The position numbers and the translations under genes were made by a program. Positions 49,149 through 62,776 of a stretch of 64,000 nt of DNA are shown here, one piece after another. Position 1 is the first letter of the stretch. Every line of letters begins with the position of its first letter. The notes under the pieces were generated by a model, which was not told the DNA's origin, searched no databases, and saw only the letters and a list, made by a program, of their open reading frames with translations. The stretch spans positions 35,898,001-35,962,000 of the forward strand of contig OX597824.1 of NCBI GenBank assembly GCA_951406725.2, in the 5' to 3' direction. This stretch comes from Octopus vulgaris. Taxonomy: Eukaryota.

Positions 49149-49767
49149 AGCCATGGGATCCGTAGTTACACTGACAGCATTGTACTGTGAAACTGAGATA
49201 TGAAATGAGGGAAGCAAGAGAAATGAATGAGAGAAAGAGACTTTGGTGACAGTGATATAAATGATAGGATGCATGTTTATATGATGTAGAGGATTAGAAA
49301 AGGTATGAGATTTACAGGCTGGAGGAAAGAAATGGATTGAGACAAGATGATTTTCAGCTTCTGTTTGCGATTATTTTTTTTGCTATCGGCATTCTGTTTT
49401 AGATTTCTGGTTGTATATAATGGGAAAAGAGATTTGAGGAAGAGTTGGAACATTTAACAAATAACCAAAGTTACAGTCATATAATGTAAATCATATCATT
49501 GATTATATATCACAGGTTATTACAGTATGGTTGAGTATGTATTACAGTAATTGAATGTTATTAGTTTCCAGTTCTGTTCTATATTTCTATTCCTACCAGA
49601 ACTCATTATACTCTGCAGACATTGGTTATTATCTTTAGATCTATTTCTGACATTCAACAATATCAGAAACTTTGTTTCAAGTCAGATGCCTGAGTAACAC
49701 TTTGAAAATATTGTCTAACTTACAAACTAGATTCTGAATTTCTTTATTGCTCAAAAGATAATCATAT

Positions 49768-50125
49768 CTTTTATCTGTTTTAGTCATTAGACTATGGCCA
49801 TACTGGGGCACCACCTTGCATTTTTAGTCAAATAAATTGATCCCAGTATTTTTTTTTAACCTGGTACTTATTCTATTGGTCTCTTTTGCTGAACTGCTAA
49901 GTTATGGGGATGTAAACACACTGACATTGGTTGTCAGATGTGGTGGTGGACAAACACACACACACATATAAGAGAGGCTTCTTTCAGTTTCCATCTACCA
50001 AATCCACTCACAAGGTTTTGGTTGGCCCGAGGTTATGGTACAAAACACTTGCCCAAAGTGCCACACGCTGTGACTGAACCTGGAACCATGTAGTTGGGAA
50101 GCAATTTTCTTACCACACAGCACAC
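49768..50125 (-). mobile_element. SINE family A
   Basis: Homologous to 19700-20092. Confidence 0.82.
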
Positions 50126-50571
50126 CTACACCTGTTAATGATAATAGTTTAAGTAAAACTCACTTTTTCAGTTAGCACATCAGGTATCGTCTATATTCTA
50201 TATAATTAAATAGCTGCTTCATAAACTGCAGAATAACTAACTTTTTTTTTTATTACTTTATTTCCAATCATGACAGAGCTGCTGTCATTTTGGAACCAGT
50301 ATGGAAAGTGTATTACATAAATTGTGATTTCAGTTTCTTTTTTTGTCTTGGCAAATTAAAAGCCTGAAATAAGCACAATATAGATTTGCTAAAAAACACT
50401 ACATTCCTATGAATTCAAACCAAAATATTCATTGTCAATCACAGCTAAAACTTAGCTTGGGTTTTTGTAGCCATTTTCAAACTAAACTTGCAATAGGATC
50501 GATTCTATTTTTAATATCTTTGACAAGTTTTTAATAATTTTTAACTGAACCTTTCATTGTAAGACAACTTT

Positions 50572-50880
50572 TTATTTATGTGCCCTTTTCAAGCCTAGCC
50601 AGGCTCATGGACCCAGTTTCCCGGCTTCTGTGACACGTGTTCCCCCCAGCTGGATGGGATGCCAGTCCATCGCAGCATTACTCAAGAAACAGGGAGAAAG
50701 AGTGAGAGAAAGTTGGGGCGAAAGAGTACAACAGGAGTCACCACCACACCCTGCCAGAGCCTCATGGAACTTTAGGTGTTTTCACTCAATAAACACACAC
50801 AAAGCCCGGTCTGGGAATCAAAACCATGATCCTCCGACCGTGAGTCCACTGCCCTAACCACTGGGTCATTGCGCCTCCAC
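50572..50880 (-). mobile_element. tRNA-derived SINE with TSD
   Basis: Minus-strand head GTGGAGGCGCAATGACCCAGTGGTTAGG; TSD AAGACAACTTT at 50561 and 50881. Confidence 0.88.
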
Positions 50881-51254
50881 AAGACAACTTTATGTGTGCC
50901 TAACTTTGTTTAATGGTTCATGCGAGGAGATTCCATTGTATTGAACAAATTTGGATGTCTTTACTGAAGATTTATTCAATATCTTTTATCCTGTACAAAG
51001 AAGTGATTCCACATTCTTCAGTGCTGACAGATTTTACTATAGATTATTGATCTCTTTACATAGATGCAAAATGCTAATCTGTCAGATATGAAATTTCCTT
51101 CATCAGTAATGCTGTGTTTTCCTGTTGTTTTCCTGTTTTTTTTTTGTTTTTTTTTTGCAAATCCATTTTGTTATGAAGTCAACTTTCACAGCAGTTACTA
51201 TCACATGTTGGCAGCCGCATCCTTCTATCAAATAGAGGAACAATAAAAAAATAA

Positions 51255-51500
51255 ATGCGCCCTTTTAAAGCCTAGCCAGGCTCATGGGGCCCTTTCCCGG
51301 TTTCTATGGCATATGTATTTCCTAGCTGGATGGGATGCCAGTTCATCACAGCTTTACTCATTTTTGCCAGCTGAGTGGACTGGAGCAATGTGAAATGAAG
51401 TGTTTTGCTCAAGAACACGTGTCACCCGGTCCAGGAATCGAAACCACAATCTTATGATCATGATGCCGACACCCTAACCACTAAGCCACGCACCTCCACA
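51255..51500 (-). mobile_element. tRNA-derived SINE
   Basis: Minus-strand head GTGGAGGTGCGTGGCTTAGTGGTTAGG..GGTTTCGATTCC; shares its 3' tail with 50572-50880. Confidence 0.85.
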
Positions 51501-52154
51501 GAGAAACAATACTTCATGTATAAAATCAACATTTTACTCAATAAAATTTCATGTACAATGTATTTAGAGGCATTTTAGATATGCAACACACTTTCATAAA
51601 ACAACTTACTCAAAACACTTGACAAATTCAAATGGTTAATTTATGCTGTGCATATTTTCTGAAACTCTAACATATTTTCAACAAATTCATTGAGTAGGAG
51701 ACTGAGTTACATGTATTGGTGTGATGATTGCCTCAGTTCATTTGAAGGGAACTACTGTTGTTACAACGTTCCATTTAGATTTCCTGCTTAGTGAGATCAA
51801 TAAACCCTGGCCTGTGCATTGAACATTGATCATCAATTCAATCAACATTATTTATTCAATCAACATTATTAATTCATTGAGCATCTCCCAACAATAAGCT
51901 ATTCATTGTTTCTGTTATCTTCATAAATGAAGTTCCTATTTTTGAAGCTCCAGCAAAGCTATAAGAGGTGATACATTTTCTATTATTAATTTCACTTTCA
52001 GTTTCTTCCTCCATAGAGATCCTGGGATAGATTTTAAAATATAAATAATGTTCCACCCTCAAGTTAGAGAAAACACATGACCTAGTGGTCAGAGTGTTGC
52101 ACTCACTATAGCAAGATTGTGGTTTCAAATTCCTGATCAGGCAGTGTATTGTGT

Positions 52155-52565
52155 TACTCTTTTACTCTTTTACTTGTTTCAGTCATGTAACTGTGGCCAT
52201 GCTGGAGCACTGCCTTTAGTCGAGCAAATCAACCCCAGGACTTACTCTTTGTAAACCTAGTACTTATTCTATCGGTCTCTTTTGCCAAACCGCTAAGTTA
52301 CGGGGACGTAAACACACCAGCATCAATTGTCAAGCAATATTGGGGGTACAAACACAGACACACAAACATATGTACACACATACACACACACATATATATA
52401 TATATATATACGATAGGCTTCTTTCAGTTTCCATCTACCAAATCCACTCACAAGACTTTGGCCGATCCGAGGCTATAGTAGAAGACACTTGCTCAAGGTG
52501 TCATGCAGTGGGACTGAACCCAGAACCATGTGGTTCGTAAGGAAGCTACTTACCACACAGCCACA
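52155..52565 (-). mobile_element. SINE family A
   Basis: Homologous to 19700-20092. Confidence 0.85.
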
Positions 52566-53477
52566 CCTACACCTTCATTTCATGTTGCTCTATTCCACTC
52601 AGCTGTAAATGCAATGGACTGGCATACTGTTCAGGGTGAATGTGGTGATCTCAGCCACTTATACACCATGGAAAGTGGGTGACTGGCTCTATCAAATGTA
52701 ATGCTTATTTATTCATGTTGTTTTGAACTTATGCATTTATCTCATAGCTTTGAAACTTCACTGATTTGATTGTTTATTGAAGGGTAGGTGTGAGAAGCTG
52801 GATCTGGCCAGTTTGAACATAAAGCAGATAGGATATTCGGGCCATATATAACCAGTTTAAATGCTGAAGGGTTGAACTCAACTGCATAATTCTAGTAAAT
52901 CCACAAAACAGAAAAACTCCAAGAGAGAACAATTATATTTTTGTTGGATTGAACTATTGCACCATTTTTATTCTGTTTGAGAAGACATTTATTTATCAGG
53001 CGTGTACAGTCTTTCAACAGCATTTAATAAAACTTTGACAATCAAACATAGGGGACAAAAGCTATCAGATCTCAATAAGTGTTTCAAGTTTGTTGGATCC
53101 AAAGAAGCTGCAAAACCTCAGGATTTGATGTCCATAAAATTGATAGAAATTTCAGGCAATGTCACTACATCTCAAGAAGCCGGACAGTTATCTGTATGAT
53201 AAAAAAACCAAGCATACGGCTATTTATTGCAGACAGATGTAGACTCAAAATAGCTTAAGGATATTAAGAATGTTTTATGCTTTATACAGATTTCAACCAA
53301 GTTTTGAGTCTTGGTGAGGCTGATCATTACATCTGTCATCATATCATTGTCATTACTGTTGTTGCTGCTGCTGCTGTTGCCACCGCCGCTGCCACCACCA
53401 TCACCACCACCACCACCATCACCACAATCATCATCATCATCATTTAATGTTTGAATTCCATGCTAGCATGGATTCAA

Positions 53478-53761
53478 CTTTGTAGTAAGGATTGTTTGCC
53501 AACATAACATGACAGTCCTGGTTTAGGACTAATGTTACCTTAATTTAGCCCCTGGAGACATCGTTTCCCGCTGGCTATACGACACGATCTGTGTCCTTAC
53601 ATTTTCAAACAAGGGAATCTAGCACCCCCACTCAGCCCAAAGCAATATCTGTGTATCGCAATTTCTGGGTTATTTCTCTTCATCCTGGGGCTAAATTACA
53701 GCAACATTCGTCCTAAACCAGGACTGCCATATTATGTTGGCAAACAATCTTTACTACAAGG
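53478..53761. mobile_element. MITE / foldback element with ~80-bp TIRs
   Basis: TTGTAGTAAGGATTGTTTGCCAACATAA..TAATTTAGCCCC is mirrored by GGGGCTAAATTA..TTATGTTGGCAAACAATCTTTACTACAA. Confidence 0.85.
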
Positions 53762-55145
53762 TACTGTTGCTGAATATCTCATGTTGTGAGATTTAAAAAT
53801 AGTAATTTTCTAATGGATTGAACTGTTTAACAGGAGTTGACTAACCAAAGGACTGCACCAAGCTTCACTGTTCTGGCATGGTTTTTGCTGCTGGATGACC
53901 TTCCTAATGACAAACACTTTACAGTGTGTGCTACCTTTTACATGACACCCACACCCGTGCATTTTACATGGCACCAACGCTGGCAAGGTCTGCTTTGGCA
54001 TGTGTAAAATTTAATTTCTACCAGCAGTGGATGTAAAATGGTGGTGGTGGTAGTGATGATATTTAGTTTGAAATAAAAAGAGCATGAACCAAAATGTTAG
54101 TTTCCTTTGAACCTTGTCATATCTATTTCTAATCCAGCTATGGGTACCTAACAATTCTTTTCTCAATAGCTAACTTCCATGTCTTTCTTAGACTCTGTAT
54201 CATAATGACACAAAGATATCTTTGTATCTTTGGAAAAGGCATGAATGCCTTTAAATCCCATACTGTTTCTTTCTGTATCAATTAGTAGAGTTGTAATTAT
54301 GTAAGAAGTCATTGTTTGTCATCAAATCTAATTTTTGTGACATATCCTCTGCTAAAGAATTCTTGGTTTTCCTACACAAAATCTTTAGCAAATAAATGTT
54401 TGAAGAAAACTGTGTTAGAGTAAAACCAAGAAGGAATTTTAACCAAATCAGATAAATCTGAATGTGGCTGCAGGAAAGCAATAAATATTTGTTTATTCAA
54501 TAACATCTTATTTATAATTTATTTATTTTAGATATTTTACTAAATTAGATATTTGATTTAGAGAAGAAGAAAAAAAAAAGAACAACTCTACTGTTAGCTT
54601 CATTCCCATCTCATCATTTTCTCTTTCGACTTGTCTTTGAAAAAAATAATAATTCTGAGTAGCAGCAGCAGAGCAGCAGCAGTAGTATATTTCAGTGTAT
54701 TTTAAGGAATACTTTATTAGATTTACTCACTTGAAAGATCTCCTCTTACAGATTTATTACCAAACCTTTTCAACGTTCAAATTATCATTTTCTGTTAGTT
54801 TCTTCTCGTCCTCTCCACCATTAAAATAATTTTTTTTTTTACTATGTATCAGTTATTAGCTCTGAGACCTAATAATCTTTCTTTGTGGCGTTATACCACC
54901 AAACTGAATCTAATAAATCTGCAATGAATCAAAAGATTCATTTTGCTCCAAGATTTTCCATTAGAATTTGTTCTAATGAGGTTTTGATGATTTATTTAAA
55001 TCTTAGGCTAAATACAAAAATATTTCTTTAAGTATTTTGACCTTTGTCTCAGATTACATTTTTATGGTCTGTGTATTTTACCGACTAATGAAAAACAGAA
55101 ATCCTCCTTGCTAGTTCTTAGCTTTTGAAATCTAAATTCAGATCC

Positions 55146-55201
<56 letters not shown>

Positions 55202-55599
55202 TTTTGTGTGTGGTGAATGGTTTTAAATATATTCCAAAAGATTTGCCAACAGAAGCTTATCATTGTAACCTAGTCATTGTTTATGAATACATCTGTAAGT
55301 GTTCAATAATTTTCATAAAATAGGTTTTAGTCGTTATTATATATCAAAATTTTGTGTGGTATCTCTTGAAAATTGGCAATGACCATATTGAAAGGATTCA
55401 GTAGCACCACTGAGAAATCAATAATTTGTATATTAGAGTGGTATTATGTCTGCAGATTCAGGAAATCATGGAGATCTTGTATTTTCCTCAAATTTTCCCG
55501 GGGGATAATTTTCAGTTATATACATTCAGCTCTTTAAAACGTTTTCATTTCATTATACTTTAGTTTTTCATGAGAAAAATGACAGATGACTTTCTTTAA

Positions 55600-55819
55600 C
55601 CCTTTTGTTACCAACCCAGCTGAAGCCGGCTCTAGCTCTGAGTACAAATGTCTTGTTTTCATAAGTTTGGAATTAAAATCTTCCACCAAACCTTAGTCAC
55701 AATTTATGTTCCTAACACTAGCTGAATGATAACCAAGTTATTTTACTGAATTCTTTGTTATATTTAAAGTAATTGAAAGAAACACAGAGCATCTCAAAAT
55801 AAATACAGTAACGAAAGGG
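55600..55819. mobile_element. piggyBac-like MITE, second family (TTAA TSD)
   Basis: TTAA|CCCTTTTGTTAC...GTAACGAAAGGG|TTAA. Confidence 0.8.
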
Positions 55820-56989
55820 TTAATTGATACCTCTTAAGCTTGTGGTACATGGCTTACCCTGCTTGGAAGTAGTTGAGGGTTGGCAACAGAAGGGCATCTG
55901 ACTGTAGAAAATGTACCTCAACAAATTCTAACCCATGCAAGCATAGGAAATTGGATGTTATATGATGAAGATAGCAATAGTGAAAATTTTCCTCTCCTAT
56001 GTAATTTTTATGTGGCTACTCCTTTATCTCATAATATTTTCTGATTAATACTAAAGCTATTCTAGAAATATTCATTTGTAGAATATGATTGTATTCTGTC
56101 AAATGCAGAATTTATAACATACAAAATAATGAGAAAATATCAATTGATTCTAAATAAACCACAAATTAGAAAATAGAATTTCTTTTTCATGCTATGTATA
56201 TATTTAACAAGCTGCAGTGGCAAAAGCAATACTGCAGCTGATAAACAAACTGCTCATCCAATACGAAGACATGTTAGTTCAGTTAAAAGAGAAATGGTAT
56301 GAATGTACCAGGAATACAGAAATGAGCACAGTGTTCTTGCATATAATCATCATTATTTAACATACATTTTCCATGTTGGCATGAGTTGGATAGTTTAAGA
56401 GGATCTGATGGGTTCAAGGGCTGCATTGTGCTCCAGTGTCTGCTTTGGTATGGTTCCTATTGTTGGATGCCCTTCCTAATGCCAATGACTGTACAGAGTA
56501 CACTGGGTGCTTTTTTTATGGTACCAGCACTGGTGAGGTCACCATGCAATTTGCAAGACTAAGATTCCCTTTGATTGAGTAAAGTTGTGGCTTTATGCTA
56601 TGGGATGAGGGGTTAAAGTGAGGGAAGAACCAGAACAAAGTGTGCGGGAAGAGGAGCTGTGTGGTGGTGGAGGAGAGAGAATTTGTTGGCTCAGGCGGGT
56701 GATCAATGTAAAATGTGGGTAGATATGACAGCATTAAGAAAGGATGAAAAATGGTTCCCGGTAAAATGGGTAAATGGTATTAGCAAAAGCAGGCAAAATA
56801 TGCAGTTCTGTTCATGTTTAATTACAACAGCAGAATAGTACAGTTAGAGAGGTGATGGTAGGAATTTCTCGAGGAGGAAATAGTGGTGGGTGGGGAACAA
56901 TTGTGCATACACACACACACACTCACATGCACACACAGTGTGCTTTCAGAATGTTACTTTATTCAGATCTTCTCAAGAATTACATATGA

Positions 56990-57895
56990 TCCATCATCCT
57001 GATAAAGGGAGGGAAAGCCCCTAGTCCATCAGGAATTACTGCTGAGATGCTTAAAATATCTGATGGAGTGGGACACGGCTTAGTCACCCATTTAATTACT
57101 CAGTTTGTGCAGGAAGGCATCATACTCAATGACTGGTGTAGCATTTACAATGTTACCTGTTACAATTGTATAGCGGATGCTTTAGAGAGGAGTAATTACA
57201 TGGTATTCTAACTTGCTGGACCAGGTCATGAAAGTTACAGGAAGAGTTATAGCTCAACTAGTTAGGAAGATGGTTAACCTAGATGAGATGCGGTTTAGTT
57301 CAGAGGCTCAGGATGTTAAGAATTGTGAGACAAAGTGTGTGAGAGAACCGGAATATCATTGGTGAGCAGTGTATTTGGAATGATAATGTCATTCTTGTTG
57401 ATATGGAAAAAAAAAATTAACTGGTATGGAAGTGTTATTATGAGAGGCTGGTGACAATGGAAAAACGAATGGAATAAACAAAGATTTCTTCCGTGCTGAC
57501 CTAATACAGGGACCAACAATTCAAGTTCACATCAATGTGGTAGATAAAATAATCAAAGATATGAAGAGAAGGAAAGCTATGTGTTGATTATGGATAGTTG
57601 CAAAGATGCTTAAAGCATCTAGGGATGGAAGATTCAAAATTACCATCCGGATAGGAATGTGTTATATCCATTGACTGACATAGCAGTAGCCTCGTAAACG
57701 AAGCAGCAATAGAGGAGTTAATCTACTAGACAAGATTATGAAGGCCACAGAAAAATTCATAGAAGGATTGATCCGTGATAAAGTAGACCTGGATAAGATG
57801 GAGTATCATTGATGCAATCTTATTAGGGAGGCAGCTACAGGAAAATACTTGGCTAAGAGTTAACAACTATTCCTAGCATTCGTTGACCTGTAGCT
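56990..57895 (+). mobile_element. Degraded, rearranged RTE-like LINE fragments
   Basis: KGGKAPSPSGITAEMLKISD, LLDQVMKVTGRVI, QLQE..LFLAFVDL remnants. Confidence 0.65.
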
Positions 57896-58279
57896 ATGTC
57901 TGACGACTAGAAATTACCCACCCACACTTGGAAGGATCATTAATATGAAACCGATTGGTAACTTAAATTGTTTGTTGTGATATTAAAGTTGCAATACTCT
58001 AAACACACACACACACACACACAGTGTTATTGTAAGAACCACAAGTCTAGTGAGAGAACACAAATGGGGTTTAAAATTTACTATAGCTGTTTCAGTAGAA
58101 TTCTATTGAGGTATTCATAGATTACATCATAACATACAGTCCATCGTCTTTAGATAAAATTTTAAACTGATAAGACATCAAACAGGTGCGATAATACATC
58201 GATCTTGATGAAACCAACATTTTGGACAGGTGGTACTTTGAAATATAGCATGCAAATTTATAGAATTAGTAGGAGTGGT

Positions 58280-58560
58280 TTTAATGAGCATGCGAGAAAC
58301 AAAGAGATCCAACTACTCTATTATATCAAATCACTTATCTAAATTAGTTTATAGCTAATATTGGCTTTGAGAACATACAAAAATCAATCATAGACATGCT
58401 GTTGCCATGAATTGACCGTAAGGTCATTGAAGCCAAACAGATATCTTGTCAGTTAAGCTACATAAAAGTAAACAAACCTCAGAGCAAGAGAAAGCCATAA
58501 AACGGTCACCACGCTTTTTGCCTCGTTCCATCCAACCTCAGTACCATAGGTATACAACGT
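58280..58560 (+). mobile_element. Degraded Penelope/Poseidon-type endonuclease C-terminus
   Basis: Remnants ISNHL..IGFENIQ..IID..RKVIEAKQI with frameshifts. Confidence 0.45.
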
Positions 58561-58849
58561 ATTCACACTCACATTTCAAAACACACACAGCCACACACCT
58601 TTTATCTTTTACTTGTTTCAGTCATCAGACTACGGCCATGGAGGTGCACTGCATTAAATAATTTTTAGTCGAAGGAATCGACTCTACTTATTTTTTAAAA
58701 CCTGGCACTTGTTCTATCGGTCTATTTTGCCGAACCGCTAGGACACAGGGACTTAAACACCAACACTGTTTGTCAAGCGTATATGTATACACACGTATAC
58801 AAATACACACATTTATATATATTTACATAAAATATATCAAAATACAAAA

Positions 58850-59730
58850 TAATATTATATTACGGCATATAAAGAAAACGTAGACAAATGACAGAAAGAG
58901 TTCGGAGTTCATACACTGGCTTATCAAATATTTCACTAGTTACCAAATATAGAGGTTGTAAACAAATATAATGAGAATACATAACCAGTAGGACAATGAC
59001 ATAACATGACATCGTTTAAGTAATATTTAAATGAAACGAGCACAATTAGCTATGTTACAGAATGTTGTTAAATGAAAGCTAAAATGTTAAAGATAAGTAG
59101 TAGTATTCCAAGCCTTTTACTGGTTTTGAGTATGAAAATGTGTTTCTAATGTAATGCGAGCATTTCACTCTAGGTTCATTAGATTTTTTAAGGATATTAT
59201 CTGAAGATATAAGCAAATTTTATTATACTCCAGGTAATTTGGATTATACATTTTTTGTCTCTGTTTCTCAATTTTTTTCTGCGAGTGATGTAACCTTAAT
59301 CTTATTATACTTATTGAAAGTATAAGAATGATCATATAATCAATGCTTGAATTTGCAAGAAGCGGAACCGATGTAGGTAAAAGTAGTTAGATTGGTTATC
59401 ACACCACATCTATAGTTAGTATTTTTAGTGAGGCATAAATCATTTAGAGGGCACAGAAGTTTCTTTTTACAATTACATAATTCAGGAGATTTGTAGACAT
59501 TAATATTTCCAGTGTTATTCAAGGACTGCAGAGAGTGATAATTATTGTTTGATCCCACAGAATTACTCCAATTATTCAGGGTTATGTAAAAGGTTATTAT
59601 TAGTAGTAATAGCACTACCATTGCAACGGTAAAAGTTACAACAGTTACCTTGATTATTAATAGCTACATAATCTTCATTTATTTTAGAATCGATGCAGAT
59701 ATTATTTGGGTTGTACATATGCTGTTTATA
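58850..59730 (-). mobile_element. Penelope-like element remnant with Asn-rich linker and GIY-YIG endonuclease
   Basis: ELCNCKKKLLCPLNDLCLTKNTNYRCGVITNLTTFTYIGSASCKFKH*LYDHSYTF; bounded by microsatellites. Confidence 0.8.
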
Positions 59731-59769
59731 TTTATGTGTGCGTGCGTGTCTGTATGTCTGTCTCTCTCT

Positions 59770-59844
<75 letters not shown>

Positions 59845-60219
59845 CGTGTGTGTGTATGTATGTATGCATAAGGAAAATACGACAACGTAGAAAATGCTAA
59901 AATAATTTTATTATGACATACATTTTATGACGGTTTGTACCGGTTTCAGTCTCTTCGACTTTTTCACATGGGAGTAAAACATATTAGATATTAGTTAAGA
60001 CGAAAAACAATTAAATTGAAGAAAAAAATTAAATGAAATGTTTTGTAAATGATATTTCTATAATCTTCAAATAGGTATGACATTTTCTTTTTTTCTGTTC
60101 CCTTTGTGAAGGCACGGTTGGTAGTAGCAAATATTTCTTTGCATCCATAAGTACTATTTTTCAGATCTGCTACTACCTACTGAGCGTTCACAATGGCTTC
60201 TTACCACACAGAAACGCTT

Positions 60220-60255
<36 letters not shown>

Positions 60256-60430
60256 CCTATAACCTTCACGGTATATCTTACATATATATATATATACGCG
60301 TACACATATATTTACATGTATACAGCTGTGTACATATATACACAAACACACTTATATTTATATGTATATATATAAATTCATATGTACACATATATGTATA
60401 TCTATATACACACATATTTATAAGTGTATG

Positions 60431-60466
<36 letters not shown>

Positions 60467-60479
60467 TTCATATGCATAC

Positions 60480-60523
<44 letters not shown>

Positions 60524-60644
60524 ATATATGCACAAAAATATACTCGTATATACATACACACATATGTATATATGTATATATGTGTATATATATACATTTA
60601 TGTATATATGTGTATATATACATATATGTATATATGTATATATA

Positions 60645-60850
60645 AAGTTAATCCAAACAAGAAAGCACAAAAAAACACAACAACGCGAGGACGTGGAACA
60701 AATATAGTATTATTGGACGCTCAGGAAAGAAGGAGGGTTTAACGTTTCGAGCGGAGCTCTTCGACGGAAACATAGGAGAAGGAAAGATCCAGAGAAGGGA
60801 AGACAGGAAAAAAAATCGTCAACGGTACACACGTGGTCACATTTTGAATA
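60645..60850 (-). mobile_element. Short PLE-type repeat with minimal hammerhead-like motif, embedded in (TA)n
   Basis: Minus strand TTT CCGTCGA A GAG CTCCG CTC GAAA CG TT AAA; homologous to 32370-32580. Confidence 0.6.
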
Positions 60851-61135
<285 letters not shown>

Positions 61136-61140
61136 ATATG

Positions 61141-61830
61141 TGAAATACTACATTACTTGGTCCATAGTTAGACATGTAAAACCATACAGCGTAATTTCCA
61201 GGAGATGCCGTCTCTGCTCCGAGGAATCTCTGTCTATTCTGTGGACTAATAAGAGGATACTTAATGGAATTTCTGAACGACTATCGAGATGCTTATACGC
61301 ATATAAATGTACTTTCGCACAATGCAGTGAGAATGGATCTTGAATAACCGTTAACTTAGTGTAGTTTTATTTTACTTTAAGGTATGGATGACTTAAGTTT
61401 ACTTTTAACCTCCCCGTGCTAATTTTTGTATGAGCGTGTGTACTCGTGCCATACAGCTTGCCAGAGGGCATTTATTCATCCATATCTGTTAACAGTTATT
61501 TTCAATACTTTTCTCGCTGGATTAAGTGTTCGTTTCTCTTTTTGTCTTTTGCAATTTTATTTTTGGATCTTCTATATATATGAAGAATTTTCCCCCGTCT
61601 GACTGTATTTTTCTCTACGAAACAGAAAGTTGCATTGTGGAACAGTCATTTTAACGATTTTTAAAATTTATTTATCACCCAACGAAATACGTCTGCACCA
61701 CCGGATATTCCTGAACCAGTTGTTGAGTGTCCCACAAGAAGAGTCGATACTAGATGTGTCGAAGCAATTGTGAATAATAATATATTCTCGTATATTCCAT
61801 CTTCTGTTTTTGATTTGTTATTTACCTGAC
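61141..61830 (+). mobile_element. 5'-truncated Penelope-like element (C-terminal part of GIY-YIG plus 3' region)
   Basis: [44 protein letters not shown] matches the W.I....Y.....C.LC..E......LN pattern of 27885-28301. Confidence 0.75.
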
Positions 61831-61831
61831 G

Positions 61832-61832
<1 letters not shown>

Positions 61833-61901
<69 letters not shown>

Positions 61902-61936
61902 TACATATATATATATAGATAGATAGACAGACAGAC

Positions 61937-61986
<50 letters not shown>

Positions 61987-62008
61987 ATAGACAGACTGAC
62001 AGACAGAC

Positions 62009-62078
<70 letters not shown>
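61833..62078. repeat. (CA)n, (GATA)n/(GACA)n, (GA)n compound microsatellite
   Basis: Direct reading. Confidence 0.96.
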
Positions 62079-62079
<1 letters not shown>

Positions 62080-62776
62080 ACTGTATACGCGTTTTCTTTC
62101 GGGTGAACATTTCTGTGTATAGTTCTGTGAAATATGTTTGTAACGCGACAGACTATGCTGAAGAGTTGCAGATATTTGCATTTTGCATTATGCAAGTGTT
62201 GACAACGATATCAGGATACGTAGGTAATCGTCTTATTTTGTATATTTTCATTTGTCTATATTTTCATGTCTATATTTTCATTTTGCATTCTGGCGTTTTT
62301 GCTGAGGTTCTTCTTGTGAGCGCACTCTACGTGGTAAGGCGATTTGACGTCTATCTTTAGCATATTAGGAATCCAAATCCACTTTAGTAGTCATTCCTCT
62401 TATTAATTGTAATATAATTTTTAAATCTTCGGATTTTTAAAAAATATGCTAGACCACTGGTTCAAATTGATGTTAATTGATTGATATCAATTTCTACCCT
62501 CATTATTTAATTTAAAATAGCAATGTTCCCTCACCGGTTAATTAGCTGTGGTAATTTATTATCTGCAGAGTTATTTCCGCTCTCAGCGCGCCAAAAGGAA
62601 GACATTTAGAAGTTACACTCAAATATAATTTGCAGAACTGTACACGCGTTTTCTTTGGGTGAACATTTCTGTGTATAGTTCTGCGAAATATGTTTGTAAC
62701 GCGACAAACTACGCTGGAGAGTTGCAGATATTTGCATTTTGCATTATGCAAGTGTTAACAATGAAATCATGATACG
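62077..62776 (+). mobile_element. Element bounded by ~143-bp direct repeats (62077-62220, 62634-62776), each with a hammerhead motif (pLTR- or retrozyme-like)
   Basis: Repeat offset 556-557 nt; combined consensus CTACG CTGAAGA GTTG..CAAC GAAA TCATGA TA CGTAG. Confidence 0.75.
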
